A stretch of DNA of 64,000 nucleotides from contig OY781945.1 in the NCBI GenBank assembly GCA_963677435.1, positions 1,376,001-1,440,000 on the forward strand. The letters are read 5' to 3'. The position numbers and the translations under genes are program-made. Source of the DNA: an uncultured Aliarcobacter sp. (GTDB lineage: Bacteria; Campylobacterota; Campylobacteria; Campylobacterales; Arcobacteraceae). Of this stretch, positions 10,571 to 21,205 are shown in pieces; position 1 is the stretch's first letter, and each line of letters begins with the position of its first letter. The notes below the pieces were generated by a model. That model saw nothing but the letters and a program-made list of their open reading frames with translations, ran no database searches and had not been told where the DNA came from.

Positions 10571-11115
10571 TTAATTTTTGAAATAATCTCTTGTATATTC
10601 ATATCCTGAATATATTGTTAAAATAACAGCTAACCATAAAATCTCTGTTGCAAATGGCCAATTCATTGTTAAAAATCCAATAGCAATCATTTGAATTACA
10701 GTTTTTATTTTTCCAGCCATTGTAGAAGCTACATCTTTACCTTCACTTACAGCTACAACTCTAAGTCCTGTGATAAAAAATTCTCTTGAAAGTATTAAAA
10801 ATACAGCCCACGCTGAAGCTCTATTTATTACTATAAGACCTATAAAACCAGCAAGTACAAGCATTTATCTGCAAGTGGATCTAATATTCCACCTAATTTT
10901 GTCATTTGGTTCCAGTTTCTAGCAATAAAACCATCGAAAAAATCAGTAACAGAAGCTATAACAAAAATAAGTCCAGCAAAGAAATCTAGCCACGAAGGAT
11001 GCCATGAAGCAAAAATAGGATTGTTTCTATCTATAAAAAACCATAGCATTAGCGGAGCTAATGCTATTCTAAAAAGTGCCAAAATATTTGGTAGATTTAG
11101 TGCTTTTGATGACAT
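10571..11115 (-). pseudogene. pgsA: Phosphatidylglycerophosphate synthase split by a 1-nt deletion (probably a sequencing error)
   Basis: NLPNILALFR...TDFFDGFIAR...LDPLADK continues in another frame as MLVLAGF...REFFITGLR...GKIKT. Adding one A (GATAAA^TG, + strand TTT at 10864-10866) restores a 181-aa protein. Confidence 0.9.
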
Positions 11116-11894
11116 TATCTAAAAGTCGTCCCACCATCAACAATTAAAGTATGACCTGTAATCCATGATGCATCAGATGTACATAAGAAATAACATGATT
11201 GAGCTAAATCTTGAGGTTGACCTATTCTGTTTAATGGAGAGTATTCAGCAGTTTTTGCTTTTACTTCTTCATAGTTTGTAAATGCTTTAAGTGCATCTGT
11301 GTCAATTGGACCACCAGAAACAGCATTTACTCTAATTCCAAATTCACCTAGTTCATTTGCTGCGTATCTAACCATAGCTTCAACAGCTGCTTTATTTGTT
11401 CCATGACCTGCATAGTTTTCAATGTATACTAAGTTTCCAGTTGAAGACAAAGAAACAATAGCTCCTCCACCAATTTTTTGCATTCTTTTTGCAGCTTGTT
11501 GTGCACCACAAACAAATGCATTTACTGTTGCAGTATAAATATTATTTAAACCTCTTGGTTTTAATTTCATAAATTTACCATAACCACCAACAACAGCACG
11601 ACCGTATATCATAGCATTTGAAATAAAGAAATCAACTCTATCAAAATCTTTATCAATTTCTTCAAATAATTCTTTATATTTTTCTGGTTCTAAGATATTA
11701 AAAGGGTAAGCTTTACATTTTACACCATATTTTTCTTCTACATCTTTACAGATATCTTCTGCAAATTGTTGATTTGAGTTATAAGTAAAAGCTACATCTA
11801 TGCCATTACTTGCAAATTTATAAACGCACTCTTTACCAATTCCCTTAGTTCCACCAGAAATTACTAAAGTTTTCCCTTTCATACTATCAGCCAT
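11115..11894 (-). CDS. SDR oxidoreductase, enoyl-ACP reductase (FabL-like) family
   Basis: SGGTKGIG, YAGHGTNK and NAVSGGPIDTDAL; conserved position after dapA in Campylobacterales. Confidence 0.8.
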   Translation of the reverse strand: MADSMKGKTLVISGGTKGIGKECVYKFASNGIDVAFTYNSNQQFAEDICKDVEEKYGVKCKAYPFNILEPEKYKELFEEIDKDFDRVDFFISNAMIYGRAVVGGYGKFMKLKPRGLNNIYTATVNAFVCGAQQAAKRMQKIGGGAIVSLSSTGNLVYIENYAGHGTNKAAVEAMVRYAANELGEFGIRVNAVSGGPIDTDALKAFTNYEEVKAKTAEYSPLNRIGQPQDLAQSCYFLCTSDASWITGHTLIVDGGTTFR

Positions 11895-12781
11895 TATTTT
11901 ATTACCTCATATTTTTCTAAAGTTTTTTCTAATTTTTTCATTGTTTCACTACTTGGAGAAACTAATGGAAGTCTATATTCTAAAGTATCAAGTAAACCAG
12001 CTAAATACATAGCAGCTTTAATTGGAATAGGATTACTTTCACAGAATAATACAGAATTTAAAGCATATAAATCTTCATTTATTTGTCTAGCTTTTTCAAA
12101 ATCACCTTCAAAAACACTATTTACTAATTGTGATTTTAAATTAGGAAGAAGATTTGCTGTTACAGAGATTATACCTTTTGCTCCACTTGCTAACATGGGG
12201 AAATCAATAGCATCATCACCTGAAAATACAAGAAGATCTTTTCTTTGTGAAATTAAACTAATAGCTCTCTCTAAAGAACCTGTTGCTTCTTTAATTGCAT
12301 ATACATTTTTTACATCATCAAAAAGTCTAATAGCTGTATTTGCTTCTAAATCAACAGATGTTCTTCCTGGAACATTATAAAGTACAAAAGGAATATCTAC
12401 TGAATTAGCAATTGCTTTAAAATGTTGATATAAACCCTCTTGAGTTGGTTTATTGTAATATGGAGTTATAGATAATATTCCATCTGCTCCAACATCTTGA
12501 GCATGTTTTGCTAATTCACAAGCTTCATTTGTTGCATTTGAACCTGCACCTGCAATTACTTTAGTATTTGAACCTTTACAAGCAGCAACAGCAACTTCTA
12601 TACACTCTTTATGTTCATTAAAAGAAAGTGTAGCACTCTCACCTGTAGTTCCAACAGGAACAACTGCATTTATACCTTGTGCAATTTGTCTTTTAATTAA
12701 AGACTCAAATTTAACTAAATCAACTTTTCCATTTCTAAATGGCGTTACAAGTGCGGTCATTGAACCGGTAATAATTTCCAT
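11894..12781 (-). CDS. dapA: 4-hydroxy-tetrahydrodipicolinate synthase
   Basis: GTTGES, YNVPGRT, IKEATG and SNPIPIK motifs. Confidence 0.96.
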   Translation of the reverse strand: MEIITGSMTALVTPFRNGKVDLVKFESLIKRQIAQGINAVVPVGTTGESATLSFNEHKECIEVAVAACKGSNTKVIAGAGSNATNEACELAKHAQDVGADGILSITPYYNKPTQEGLYQHFKAIANSVDIPFVLYNVPGRTSVDLEANTAIRLFDDVKNVYAIKEATGSLERAISLISQRKDLLVFSGDDAIDFPMLASGAKGIISVTANLLPNLKSQLVNSVFEGDFEKARQINEDLYALNSVLFCESNPIPIKAAMYLAGLLDTLEYRLPLVSPSSETMKKLEKTLEKYEVIK

Positions 12782-12788
12782 GTCTTTT

Positions 12789-13256
12789 CTATCCTTTACT
12801 TACTACTAAATCTTCTAATTCTAATCTCTCATTTACATTTACTGTATGCTTTGAAAAAGTTTCAAGAAAGTTCCAAAAACTTTGTTTTGCATCTTCTGAG
12901 ATATCAACTTTTCTTAAAACTTCTTCCATACAACCAAGCCATTCTCTTCTTGCTTTTTCAGTAATTGAGAATTTTTCATGTGTTTTTAACATATCAAAAT
13001 GTCCAACAGCTTTTGTGTAATGTTTCTCTCCACCACAAGCTTCAATAAAAAACTTCACATTATGAGCTTTTATTTTTTCTAATTCTTCTTCATTTTGTGG
13101 AAAAAAATTTCCAATATCACTATCAACAACTAAATCGTAAAAATCACTAAATAGTTTTTTTAATCTATCTTCACCCATCTCATCTAAAAAAAGTGAAATG
13201 GGATATTCAAAATCAGGTTTTTCTCCAAATTTTGTTTTGCTAATAGAGTAATCCAT
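12789..13256 (-). CDS. Truncated (2/2) globin-like protein
   Basis: MGED..LFSDFYD..FFP..FFIEACGG..Y...GH..M...HEKFSITEKARREWL pattern of group II truncated haemoglobins. Confidence 0.8.
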   Translation of the reverse strand: MDYSISKTKFGEKPDFEYPISLFLDEMGEDRLKKLFSDFYDLVVDSDIGNFFPQNEEELEKIKAHNVKFFIEACGGEKHYTKAVGHFDMLKTHEKFSITEKARREWLGCMEEVLRKVDISEDAKQSFWNFLETFSKHTVNVNERLELEDLVVSKG

Positions 13257-14600
13257 CTATTTATCTTCCTGCTTTAAAATAACTGTTGTAGAGTTATTTT
13301 TTGTCAAGTATTTTTTTGCAACATTAATTAAATCGTCTTTAGTTAGTTTATCTACATTTTTCTCATAATCTAAAAGAGGTTTTATATTGTCTCTTACAAA
13401 GTAAGAACCATATAAAGAAGCAACTTCCGTTGAACTTTCAAGTGAAAAGATAAAATCAGCTTTTGTATTTATCTTAATTTTGTCAATATCTTTTTGAGAA
13501 ATATTACCTTTTTGGATTTGCGCAATTGTATCTAAAATTTCTTTTTCAATTTCTTTAGCATCAACACCTTCATTTGCAACAGCCATAAACATGAATATTC
13601 CTGGGTCTTTTAATTCCATGTTATAAGCATATACTGAGTTAGCTAATCTTTTTTCATCAATGAGTTTTTTTTGTAAAATAGAACTTTTACCACTACTTAA
13701 AAATTCACTAAGAGCTGATAGTGCAACTTGATCTTCGTGCTCGAAATTTGGTATATGATAAGTTATTGCAATCATTTGAACAGCAGATTCTCTATTTATT
13801 ACTACTCTTTTTTCTCCATCTTGAACTGGTTCAACTGTATGAAGTTTTGATGGAATCTCTTTTGTATTTTTAATATTTTTAAAATGATTTTCAACAGATG
13901 CAAAAACATCTTTTTCATCAATATCACCAGCAACAACTACAATTGCATTTTTTGGTTGATAATAAGTACTATGAAAATCTCTAATGTCAGTGATTGTCCA
14001 GTTTTGAATATCACTCATAAATCCAATTGGAGTCCAATGATATGGATGGTAAATATAAGCATTGTTAAAAAGTCTAAATTGTAAATATCCCATTGGATTA
14101 TTATCTGTTCTCCATCTTCTCTCTTCTGCTACAACATCTCGTTCTGGTTGAAACTCTTCATCTTTTAGGGTTAAGTTCTCCATTAAATCTGCAAATAATC
14201 CTAATGATCTATCCATGTTTTTTGAAGCTGATTTTATATAATAATGAGTGTAGTCAAATGATGTAGAGGCATTATTCATACCACCAAAACCTTTTACTAT
14301 TTCATCAAATTCTCCAGCTTTTAAGTTTTTTGTAGATTTGAAATTTAAATGTTCTAACATATGAGCAATTCCACTTTTACCCATTTTTTCATCTCTACTT
14401 CCAACTTTATAAAAAATATCAGTTGATATAACACCTGAATTATTTTTCATTGGAATTGCAACTATTTCTAAACCATTTTCTAAAGTTTTTGTATAATATT
14501 TTGGTAAACTGCTACTCATTAATTCTCCCGAAATTGTAATTAATAATAAAAATTGAATAATGAATATCTTAATTAAATTACTGTTTGTTGTTGTATTCAT
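13257..14600 (-). CDS. M16 (pitrilysin-family) zinc peptidase
   Basis: Inverted zinc motif HMLEH, NASTSFDYT and ERDVVAEE; signal-like N-terminus. Confidence 0.92.
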   Translation of the reverse strand: MNTTTNSNLIKIFIIQFLLLITISGELMSSSLPKYYTKTLENGLEIVAIPMKNNSGVISTDIFYKVGSRDEKMGKSGIAHMLEHLNFKSTKNLKAGEFDEIVKGFGGMNNASTSFDYTHYYIKSASKNMDRSLGLFADLMENLTLKDEEFQPERDVVAEERRWRTDNNPMGYLQFRLFNNAYIYHPYHWTPIGFMSDIQNWTITDIRDFHSTYYQPKNAIVVVAGDIDEKDVFASVENHFKNIKNTKEIPSKLHTVEPVQDGEKRVVINRESAVQMIAITYHIPNFEHEDQVALSALSEFLSSGKSSILQKKLIDEKRLANSVYAYNMELKDPGIFMFMAVANEGVDAKEIEKEILDTIAQIQKGNISQKDIDKIKINTKADFIFSLESSTEVASLYGSYFVRDNIKPLLDYEKNVDKLTKDDLINVAKKYLTKNNSTTVILKQEDK

Positions 14601-14612
14601 TATCTGTTCCTT

Positions 14613-15671
14613 TTATTTTAAATTAGCTCCAATGGCTTGTGAAATATTTTCATATCCATCTTTTGCCATTAGCTCTAATATCTCTTCATTTATTTTTTTC
14701 ACCATTGATGGTCCCTCAAAAATCATTCCTGAATATGATTGTACAAGATTTGCACCATCTTTGATTCTTTCATAAGCTTGTGCACCTGTTGCAATTCCAC
14801 CAACAGAGATTAAAACTGTTTTCCCAAATAATTCTTTTGCTAACTCTTTAAATAAACTAGCAGATTTTTGCGTCAAACAAGCTCCTGAAAGTCCACCAAA
14901 ATTTTGACAATTTGGTACTAGCGTATAATCAATTGTAGTATTAGTTGCAATTATCCCAGCAGCTCCTGCATTTATTGCACTATTACATAAATCAATTGCC
15001 ATACTAGCTTCCATATCAGGGGCAATTTTTAGTAATATTGGTTTTGAAGTTAATTCTTTTGCCATTGTAAAAAGTTCTGTTATGAACTTTTCATTTTGTA
15101 AATCTCTCAAATTTGGAGTGTTTGGACTTGAAATATTTATTACTAAATAATCACTATTTGCTTCAAATTTTTTAATTAAACTTTTATAATCACTTAGGGC
15201 AAACTCTTCAGGTGTTGTTTTGTTTTTTCCTATATTTGCGCCAACTGGTATATTAAATGGATAAACTTTCTTTAAGTTTTTTAAAACTTCATGTGCACCT
15301 TTATTATTAAATCCCATTGCATTTTGAACTGATTTTTGTTCTGGATATCTAAACATTCTAGGTTTTGGATTTCCATCTTGAGGTTTTAAAGTCATTGTAC
15401 CAATTTCGGTAAATCCAAAGCCTAAAGATTTCATAGATTTAATCATTGTTGCATTTTTATCAAAACCAGCAGCAAGTCCAACTGGATTTTCAAATTTTAC
15501 ACCAAAAATTTCTTGAGTTAATTTAGGATTTGATATATAGTTTTTATTTTCCATATAATTTTTCATAATAGAAAAGTTTCCTAAAACTCTTAAACCAATT
15601 TCTGCAATATTGTGTGCAGTTTCTGGTTCAAACTTAAATAAGATTTTCTTCAGTGTTTCATAACTAATCAA
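14613..15671 (-). CDS. pyrD: Quinone-dependent dihydroorotate dehydrogenase
   Basis: GLAAGFDKN, NISSPNTPNLR, KIAPD and GGLSG motifs. Confidence 0.96.
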   Translation of the reverse strand: MISYETLKKILFKFEPETAHNIAEIGLRVLGNFSIMKNYMENKNYISNPKLTQEIFGVKFENPVGLAAGFDKNATMIKSMKSLGFGFTEIGTMTLKPQDGNPKPRMFRYPEQKSVQNAMGFNNKGAHEVLKNLKKVYPFNIPVGANIGKNKTTPEEFALSDYKSLIKKFEANSDYLVINISSPNTPNLRDLQNEKFITELFTMAKELTSKPILLKIAPDMEASMAIDLCNSAINAGAAGIIATNTTIDYTLVPNCQNFGGLSGACLTQKSASLFKELAKELFGKTVLISVGGIATGAQAYERIKDGANLVQSYSGMIFEGPSMVKKINEEILELMAKDGYENISQAIGANLK

Positions 15672-15754
15672 AGTTTATCCCTTTTTTTAAATTATTGCAT
15701 TTTATCTAAAATTCATTAAATATTGGTTTTAATGATTTTTTTAATATTTTATTA

Positions 15755-17464
15755 TTACATATTTGCAAGATTATATAATCTTTGATACTCTTTACAAGAC
15801 TCCAAAAGTTCTTTTTCACTTCCCATTCCAATTATTTCGCCATCTTTGAAAACAGCAATTTTATTTGCATTTTTAATTGTACTTAGTCTATGAGCTATGA
15901 TAAAAGTTATTTTATTTTTGCTAACTTCTTGAATAACTTCACTAATAATTGATTCACTTTCGTTATCTAAAGCAGATGTTGCTTCATCTAAAATTAGTAT
16001 TTGTGGATTTTTATATAAAGCTCTTGCAATGGCAATTCTTTGTCTTTGTCCTCCACTTAAGTTTGTTCCAAATTCATCTAAAATTGTATTTACACCCTTT
16101 TTCATTTTCATTACAAAATCATAAGCGTGGGCTTGTTTTAAAACTTCGATAACTCTTATTTCATCTATTTCATAACCATAAGCTACATTTGAAGCTATTG
16201 TATCGTTAAAAATATAAACCCTTTGAGTTACTATTGAGATATTTTCTCTTAAAGATTTCATCTTAAAATCTTTAATAGAAGTGTTATTTAATAAAATTTC
16301 ACCACTTGTTGTATCATAAAATCTGATAATCAAATTAATTAAAGAAGATTTTCCACCACCACTATCCCCAACAAGCGCAATTGTTTCACCTATTTTTGCT
16401 TCTAAATTGATATTTTTTAAAGCTATAAAATCATCATATTTTAATAAAACATCTTTGAAACTTATAGTTTGAATATTTGAGGGGAAAATTAATTCTCCTG
16501 ATATTATGGCTGGTTTTTGAGCAAACATATCATTAATTCTTTCATTAGCAGCTAGTGCATCTTGCATACTATTATAAAGAGAAGATAATCTTTTAATTGG
16601 TGTATATAACATAAATAGTGCTGCAATAAATGAACTAAAAGTTCCTGTTGAAAGCTCTCCTGAAATTACCTTTGAACCACCAACAACAACAACTGCTGCG
16701 AAGGCAAGTGAACCTATAATTTCCATCAATGGTGAAGTTAAACCATTTGTTTTTAAAGCTTTCATATTATATTTGAAAAAAATCATATTATGAATTGAAA
16801 ATTTAGTTGCTTCTATTTTTTCACTTGAATTTGCTTTAATTATCTCTATATTATTAAATGACTCACTAAGACTTGTAGTGATATTTGAGTTACTTTCTTG
16901 TGATTTAAATGATAATCTTTTCATTCTTTTTGCAAGTTTTGATAAAGGTAAAATAGCAAGTGGTAATACAATTAATCCATAAAATGCAAGTTCAGGTGAG
17001 TGATAAATTACTAATCCAACTAATCCAACAATTGTCAAAGATTCTCTAATAAATTCAGCAACACTATTTGAAATAGCTCTTTGAATTCTATTTATATCAT
17101 TTGTAATTCTACTTACAAGTTCACCGCCATGTTTTTTTTGAAAGAAATCCATATCAAGTGTTAAAATATGAGAAAAAAGTTTATCCCTTACAATTCTAGT
17201 AATATCTTGACCTATGTAAGAGATGTAATAAGCTTGAATATATCCACCAAAACCTTTTGCAGTATAAAGTGCGATTATTATAAAAGGCATAATATGAAGC
17301 ATTTTTTCATCTTTGTTAATAAAAATATCATCAAGTAGAGGCTGAATTGCATAGGCAGTTCCAGAAGTTGCTGCTGAAACTAAAATAATTCCTATAAAAG
17401 AATAAAAAAAGTATAAAATATAGTTTTTATAATAGGGTGCATATTGTTTAAAAAAATCTCTCAT
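15755..17464 (-). CDS. msbA: Lipid A export ABC transporter (TMD-NBD fusion)
   Basis: TM domain plus GDSGGGKS, LSGGQRQR and LDEATSALD; adjacent to pyrD. Confidence 0.85.
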   Translation of the reverse strand: MRDFFKQYAPYYKNYILYFFYSFIGIILVSAATSGTAYAIQPLLDDIFINKDEKMLHIMPFIIIALYTAKGFGGYIQAYYISYIGQDITRIVRDKLFSHILTLDMDFFQKKHGGELVSRITNDINRIQRAISNSVAEFIRESLTIVGLVGLVIYHSPELAFYGLIVLPLAILPLSKLAKRMKRLSFKSQESNSNITTSLSESFNNIEIIKANSSEKIEATKFSIHNMIFFKYNMKALKTNGLTSPLMEIIGSLAFAAVVVVGGSKVISGELSTGTFSSFIAALFMLYTPIKRLSSLYNSMQDALAANERINDMFAQKPAIISGELIFPSNIQTISFKDVLLKYDDFIALKNINLEAKIGETIALVGDSGGGKSSLINLIIRFYDTTSGEILLNNTSIKDFKMKSLRENISIVTQRVYIFNDTIASNVAYGYEIDEIRVIEVLKQAHAYDFVMKMKKGVNTILDEFGTNLSGGQRQRIAIARALYKNPQILILDEATSALDNESESIISEVIQEVSKNKITFIIAHRLSTIKNANKIAVFKDGEIIGMGSEKELLESCKEYQRLYNLANM

Positions 17465-17553
17465 TAATAATCCTAAATATTTAAATAAAGCCTAGATTAT
17501 AGCTAAATCTTACTAAATATAGCCAAATTGAGAATATATAATAAAAACTATAA

Positions 17554-18858
17554 TTAAGACTTAGAAAACATAATTATAAATTTTTTAAATCCAAAAGCTT
17601 TTATTGTTAAAATAAATAACACAAATCCTCCAATAGTTCCTGCAAAGGCAAGACCTGCTGCTCCAAATGGTTTTATTAAAATTAATGAAAATATGATATT
17701 GCAAGTCAAACTATACATTGATATTTTTGCAGTTAAAAATTGTTGTTCTTTTGCATACAACCAAAGTGAAAAAATCTTTGCAAGACCAAAAGGTAAAAGT
17801 CCTATTAAATACATTACTAGAATAAAAGCAGTGTTTTGAGTATCACTACTTGTAAATTGACCCCTTTCAAAAAGAAGTTTTATGATGAACTCATTAAAAA
17901 CAATTCCGATAAAAGTAGAAACTGATAAAAGTGCAAATAAAATCAAAGCTGATTTTTTCATTAATCTTAAAGCTTTATCTTCATCTTTATTTTTTATTGC
18001 CTTTGCCACCATTGGAAATAGTGCAATTGATGTGGCAATTGCAAATATTGCTAGAGGAAGTTGGAAAATTCTATTTGCATAATATAAATAAGAGATTGAA
18101 CCACTTATTAAAAAAGAAGCTAACCAAGTGTCTATAAAAGCTGAAATATGTAGTGTTGAAGAACCAAAAGTTGCTGAGAAGAAATTTTTATAAAATTTAC
18201 TCTCTTCTTTTTTTTCATGTTTTTTGAAGTGAAATATTTTGCATAAACCATGTTTTCTAATAGAGTATAAGTGTGCTAAAATTTGTAAAATTCCACCTAC
18301 AAGGACTCCATAAGATAGATAAAATGTAATTTCATATTTATCTAAATTTTTTGAAATTAAAAGTGAAATAATCATTGCAATATTTAAAAGTGCTGTTGAA
18401 TAAGCTGTTGTTGCAAAATGATGTTTGTATTGTAAAAGTGCTGCCATAAAGGTTACTGCAAATATTATTGGTAAATAGTAAAAATTTATCGCAAATAATG
18501 GTGCTGCTAAATCAATCGTTTTTTCATCAAATCCAATAGCAATTGCTTTTGCAACCATATGAGAAAAAAATGTAACAAACAAAGATAAAATAATTAAAAA
18601 TCCAAATAGTTGCAAAAATACAACTGAAGAGAATCTAATTTTATGTTTTGATTTTGCATAAGATGGTATAAATGCTTGAGTAAAAGCTCCATCTGCAAAT
18701 ACACTTCTAAATAGATTTGGTAGTTTAAAAGCTACAAAAAATATATCTGAATAGATATTTGCACCCAAAATTGAGGCTGTTAATAAGTCTCTTATAAAAC
18801 CTAAAACCCTTGAAACTAAAATTCCAGAGCTATTTGTGAAAATTGATTTGAGTAACAT
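17554..18858 (-). CDS. murJ: Lipid II flippase MurJ
   Basis: SRVLGFIRD, FKLPNLFR, YANRIFQLP and LFERGQF motifs. Confidence 0.93.
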   Translation of the reverse strand: MLLKSIFTNSSGILVSRVLGFIRDLLTASILGANIYSDIFFVAFKLPNLFRSVFADGAFTQAFIPSYAKSKHKIRFSSVVFLQLFGFLIILSLFVTFFSHMVAKAIAIGFDEKTIDLAAPLFAINFYYLPIIFAVTFMAALLQYKHHFATTAYSTALLNIAMIISLLISKNLDKYEITFYLSYGVLVGGILQILAHLYSIRKHGLCKIFHFKKHEKKEESKFYKNFFSATFGSSTLHISAFIDTWLASFLISGSISYLYYANRIFQLPLAIFAIATSIALFPMVAKAIKNKDEDKALRLMKKSALILFALLSVSTFIGIVFNEFIIKLLFERGQFTSSDTQNTAFILVMYLIGLLPFGLAKIFSLWLYAKEQQFLTAKISMYSLTCNIIFSLILIKPFGAAGLAFAGTIGGFVLFILTIKAFGFKKFIIMFSKS

Positions 18859-20441
18859 TATAATCCTATTTTTAAATCAGATGGTTGGTAAATAATTACT
18901 TGCATATTACCTTTGTAAGAAGCTATTTGACCAGTTAAGATAGTAATTGTTTCACCATTTTTTGGTAATAGATTTCTTTTGTTTGAATATATTTTTATAT
19001 ATTTATCATCTGATAAATATAATTTTGAATTTCTAATAATACCTTTTAGATTTGTTACAATTTCATTTTCATATTTAAAATCAAAAATATCAATATCTTT
19101 TGCATCTAAATATAAAGATTTATAATTGTCGACTTTTTCTAACTCATCCAAAATTGCAAAATCTTTTATCTCTTTTAATCCATTAAAATTAAAAATTTGA
19201 TTAATTTGAAGATTGTATGAATATCCTAATTTCAACTCTTTTGCTTTTGAATAAATGAAAATTGCTTTGTCGTCTTCTCTTTTTATTATTGCTTTATCAT
19301 CATCTTTGTAAATAACAATAGCATCTTGTAAAAACACATCTTTTACTAATTTTTCTTTTTGATATAAATCAGAAATTGTTGCTTCTTCTTTCTCTTTTTG
19401 TTCTTTTTCTAAATTTTTTAAAGAATTAGTATCTTTTTTATCAACAGAGAATTTTGCATAAATTGGAAGATGATCTGAATATCCTTCTCCTAAATGTCTT
19501 TTATTAAATTTCCCTGGTGTCATTTGCCATCTATTTACAACATTATTTTCAAATAAATAAGATGGTTTAAATACATTAAATGATTTAGGGATATATGATA
19601 TTTTTTTTATGTCAAATAGAGCAGGGGGAATTATAATATCATCAGGAGTGCTACTTTCATTTCTAAATTTACTAGAGAATCTTTCATTTGAAGGTAAGTC
19701 TAACCATAAATTATAATGAACTCTTTTTTCATTGTTTAAAATATCATCATAGGTTACAAATTGATTATCTATTGTTGTGTTTAAAATTTGATTAATTCCT
19801 GTGATTCCTGAAGTATTATTTAGTTTTTGATTTGTTCTAAAAGTTTGCATTTCATTGTAATTAGAGTTAAAATCACCTATTAAAATATAATCATAATCTT
19901 TTGGAAGAGTAGAGATTCTTTCTTGCAGGTTTTTTGCATATTTTATTCTATAGCTTTCTCCTACAGCTTTTGACGGCCAGTGATTATTAAAAACTTTAAA
20001 TTCAACATTATCATATATAAATGTACTTTCAAGAATAGGCCTAAAAAGTTTTGTTCTAAATTTTACATCTAAGTATCTATTATTTTTGATTTTAATTTTT
20101 GATAAGAATCCAAGTCCGATTGCAGAATCGGGGTATTTAATAAAAGAGTAATAGTTATAATTTGGGAGTTTTTTTACAAGTAGTTGCATTAATTCTCTAT
20201 TTTCTATCTCTTGTAAAGCTATAATATCTGCATCTAAATCTTTTAAAACTTTTACTACATTATCTATTTTTATATTGAAATTTCTTTGGTTCCATTGTGA
20301 AGCTGTATTTGGTATAAATTCACTATATTCACTATTGTCATCTTTTAAATCAAAGAGATTTTCAACATTGTAAGAGGCAATTTTAAAATTATTAGCATTT
20401 AATGTAATTGTAAATATGAATAATAAGAGAAATTTAAACAA
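18858..20441 (-). CDS. Secreted endonuclease/exonuclease/phosphatase-family protein
   Basis: Signal peptide, ASYNVENLFD, LQEIEN, HWPSK, GDFN and SDHLP; extra C-terminal region. Confidence 0.88.
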   Translation of the reverse strand: MFKFLLLFIFTITLNANNFKIASYNVENLFDLKDDNSEYSEFIPNTASQWNQRNFNIKIDNVVKVLKDLDADIIALQEIENRELMQLLVKKLPNYNYYSFIKYPDSAIGLGFLSKIKIKNNRYLDVKFRTKLFRPILESTFIYDNVEFKVFNNHWPSKAVGESYRIKYAKNLQERISTLPKDYDYILIGDFNSNYNEMQTFRTNQKLNNTSGITGINQILNTTIDNQFVTYDDILNNEKRVHYNLWLDLPSNERFSSKFRNESSTPDDIIIPPALFDIKKISYIPKSFNVFKPSYLFENNVVNRWQMTPGKFNKRHLGEGYSDHLPIYAKFSVDKKDTNSLKNLEKEQKEKEEATISDLYQKEKLVKDVFLQDAIVIYKDDDKAIIKREDDKAIFIYSKAKELKLGYSYNLQINQIFNFNGLKEIKDFAILDELEKVDNYKSLYLDAKDIDIFDFKYENEIVTNLKGIIRNSKLYLSDDKYIKIYSNKRNLLPKNGETITILTGQIASYKGNMQVIIYQPSDLKIGL

Positions 20442-20502
20442 AGAGTTATCTCCGATAATTTTTTTGTAATATTATCGAAGATATTATTTTTTAGAGGTTA
20501 AA

Positions 20503-21153
20503 CTATTTTTTAGAGTTTAATCTTGATTGGTATTCTTGAGGATGTTTACAAACAGGACAAACTTTTAGAGCTTTTTTACCTCTATGAACATGTCCACATA
20601 CTTCACAAATCCACTCTTCTTCCTCATCACTTACAAATTCTTTATCAGAATCAAGTCTATCTTTTAACATTTTATACATATTTTCATGTTCGATTTCGAT
20701 TTTACCAATCATATCAAGCATTCTTGCAATTTCAGAATGACCTTCTTCTTTTGCAATTTTTGAAAAATCAGGATACATTGTTGTGTTTTCATAAGATTCG
20801 CCATCAATTGCATATTGAAGATTTTCACTTGTATTTCCAAACTCTTTGTCGTAATTTAAAACATTATAAGCTTTTAATTCGAGTTTAGCATGCATTTTTT
20901 CATTATTTGCAGCTCTTTGGAAATGTTCAGCAATATCTCTATATCCCTCTTTTTGAGCAATTTTTGCAAAATATTCATATTTATTTCTAGCCATTGACTC
21001 ACCAGCAAAAGCTTTCATTAATACAACAGAAGTTAAATCTTTTGTTATACACTCCATCTCTTGACCACAGCAGTGAAGTTTTCCACCACCTACATGTGAT
21101 ATTTCAACTGTATTCCCACAAACATTACATTTATAACTCTCGTGTTGTTTCAT
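20503..21153 (-). CDS. Desulforubrerythrin (desulforedoxin-rubrerythrin-rubredoxin), copy 2
   Basis: YKCNVCG...CCG, AFAGES..RNKY, ExxH di-iron motifs and WICEVCG...CPVC. Confidence 0.92.
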   Translation of the reverse strand: MKQHESYKCNVCGNTVEISHVGGGKLHCCGQEMECITKDLTSVVLMKAFAGESMARNKYEYFAKIAQKEGYRDIAEHFQRAANNEKMHAKLELKAYNVLNYDKEFGNTSENLQYAIDGESYENTTMYPDFSKIAKEEGHSEIARMLDMIGKIEIEHENMYKMLKDRLDSDKEFVSDEEEEWICEVCGHVHRGKKALKVCPVCKHPQEYQSRLNSKK

Positions 21154-21205
21154 TATTTACTCCTACATAAATTTAGATTGCTAAGATTGTAACATATTTT
21201 GATTA

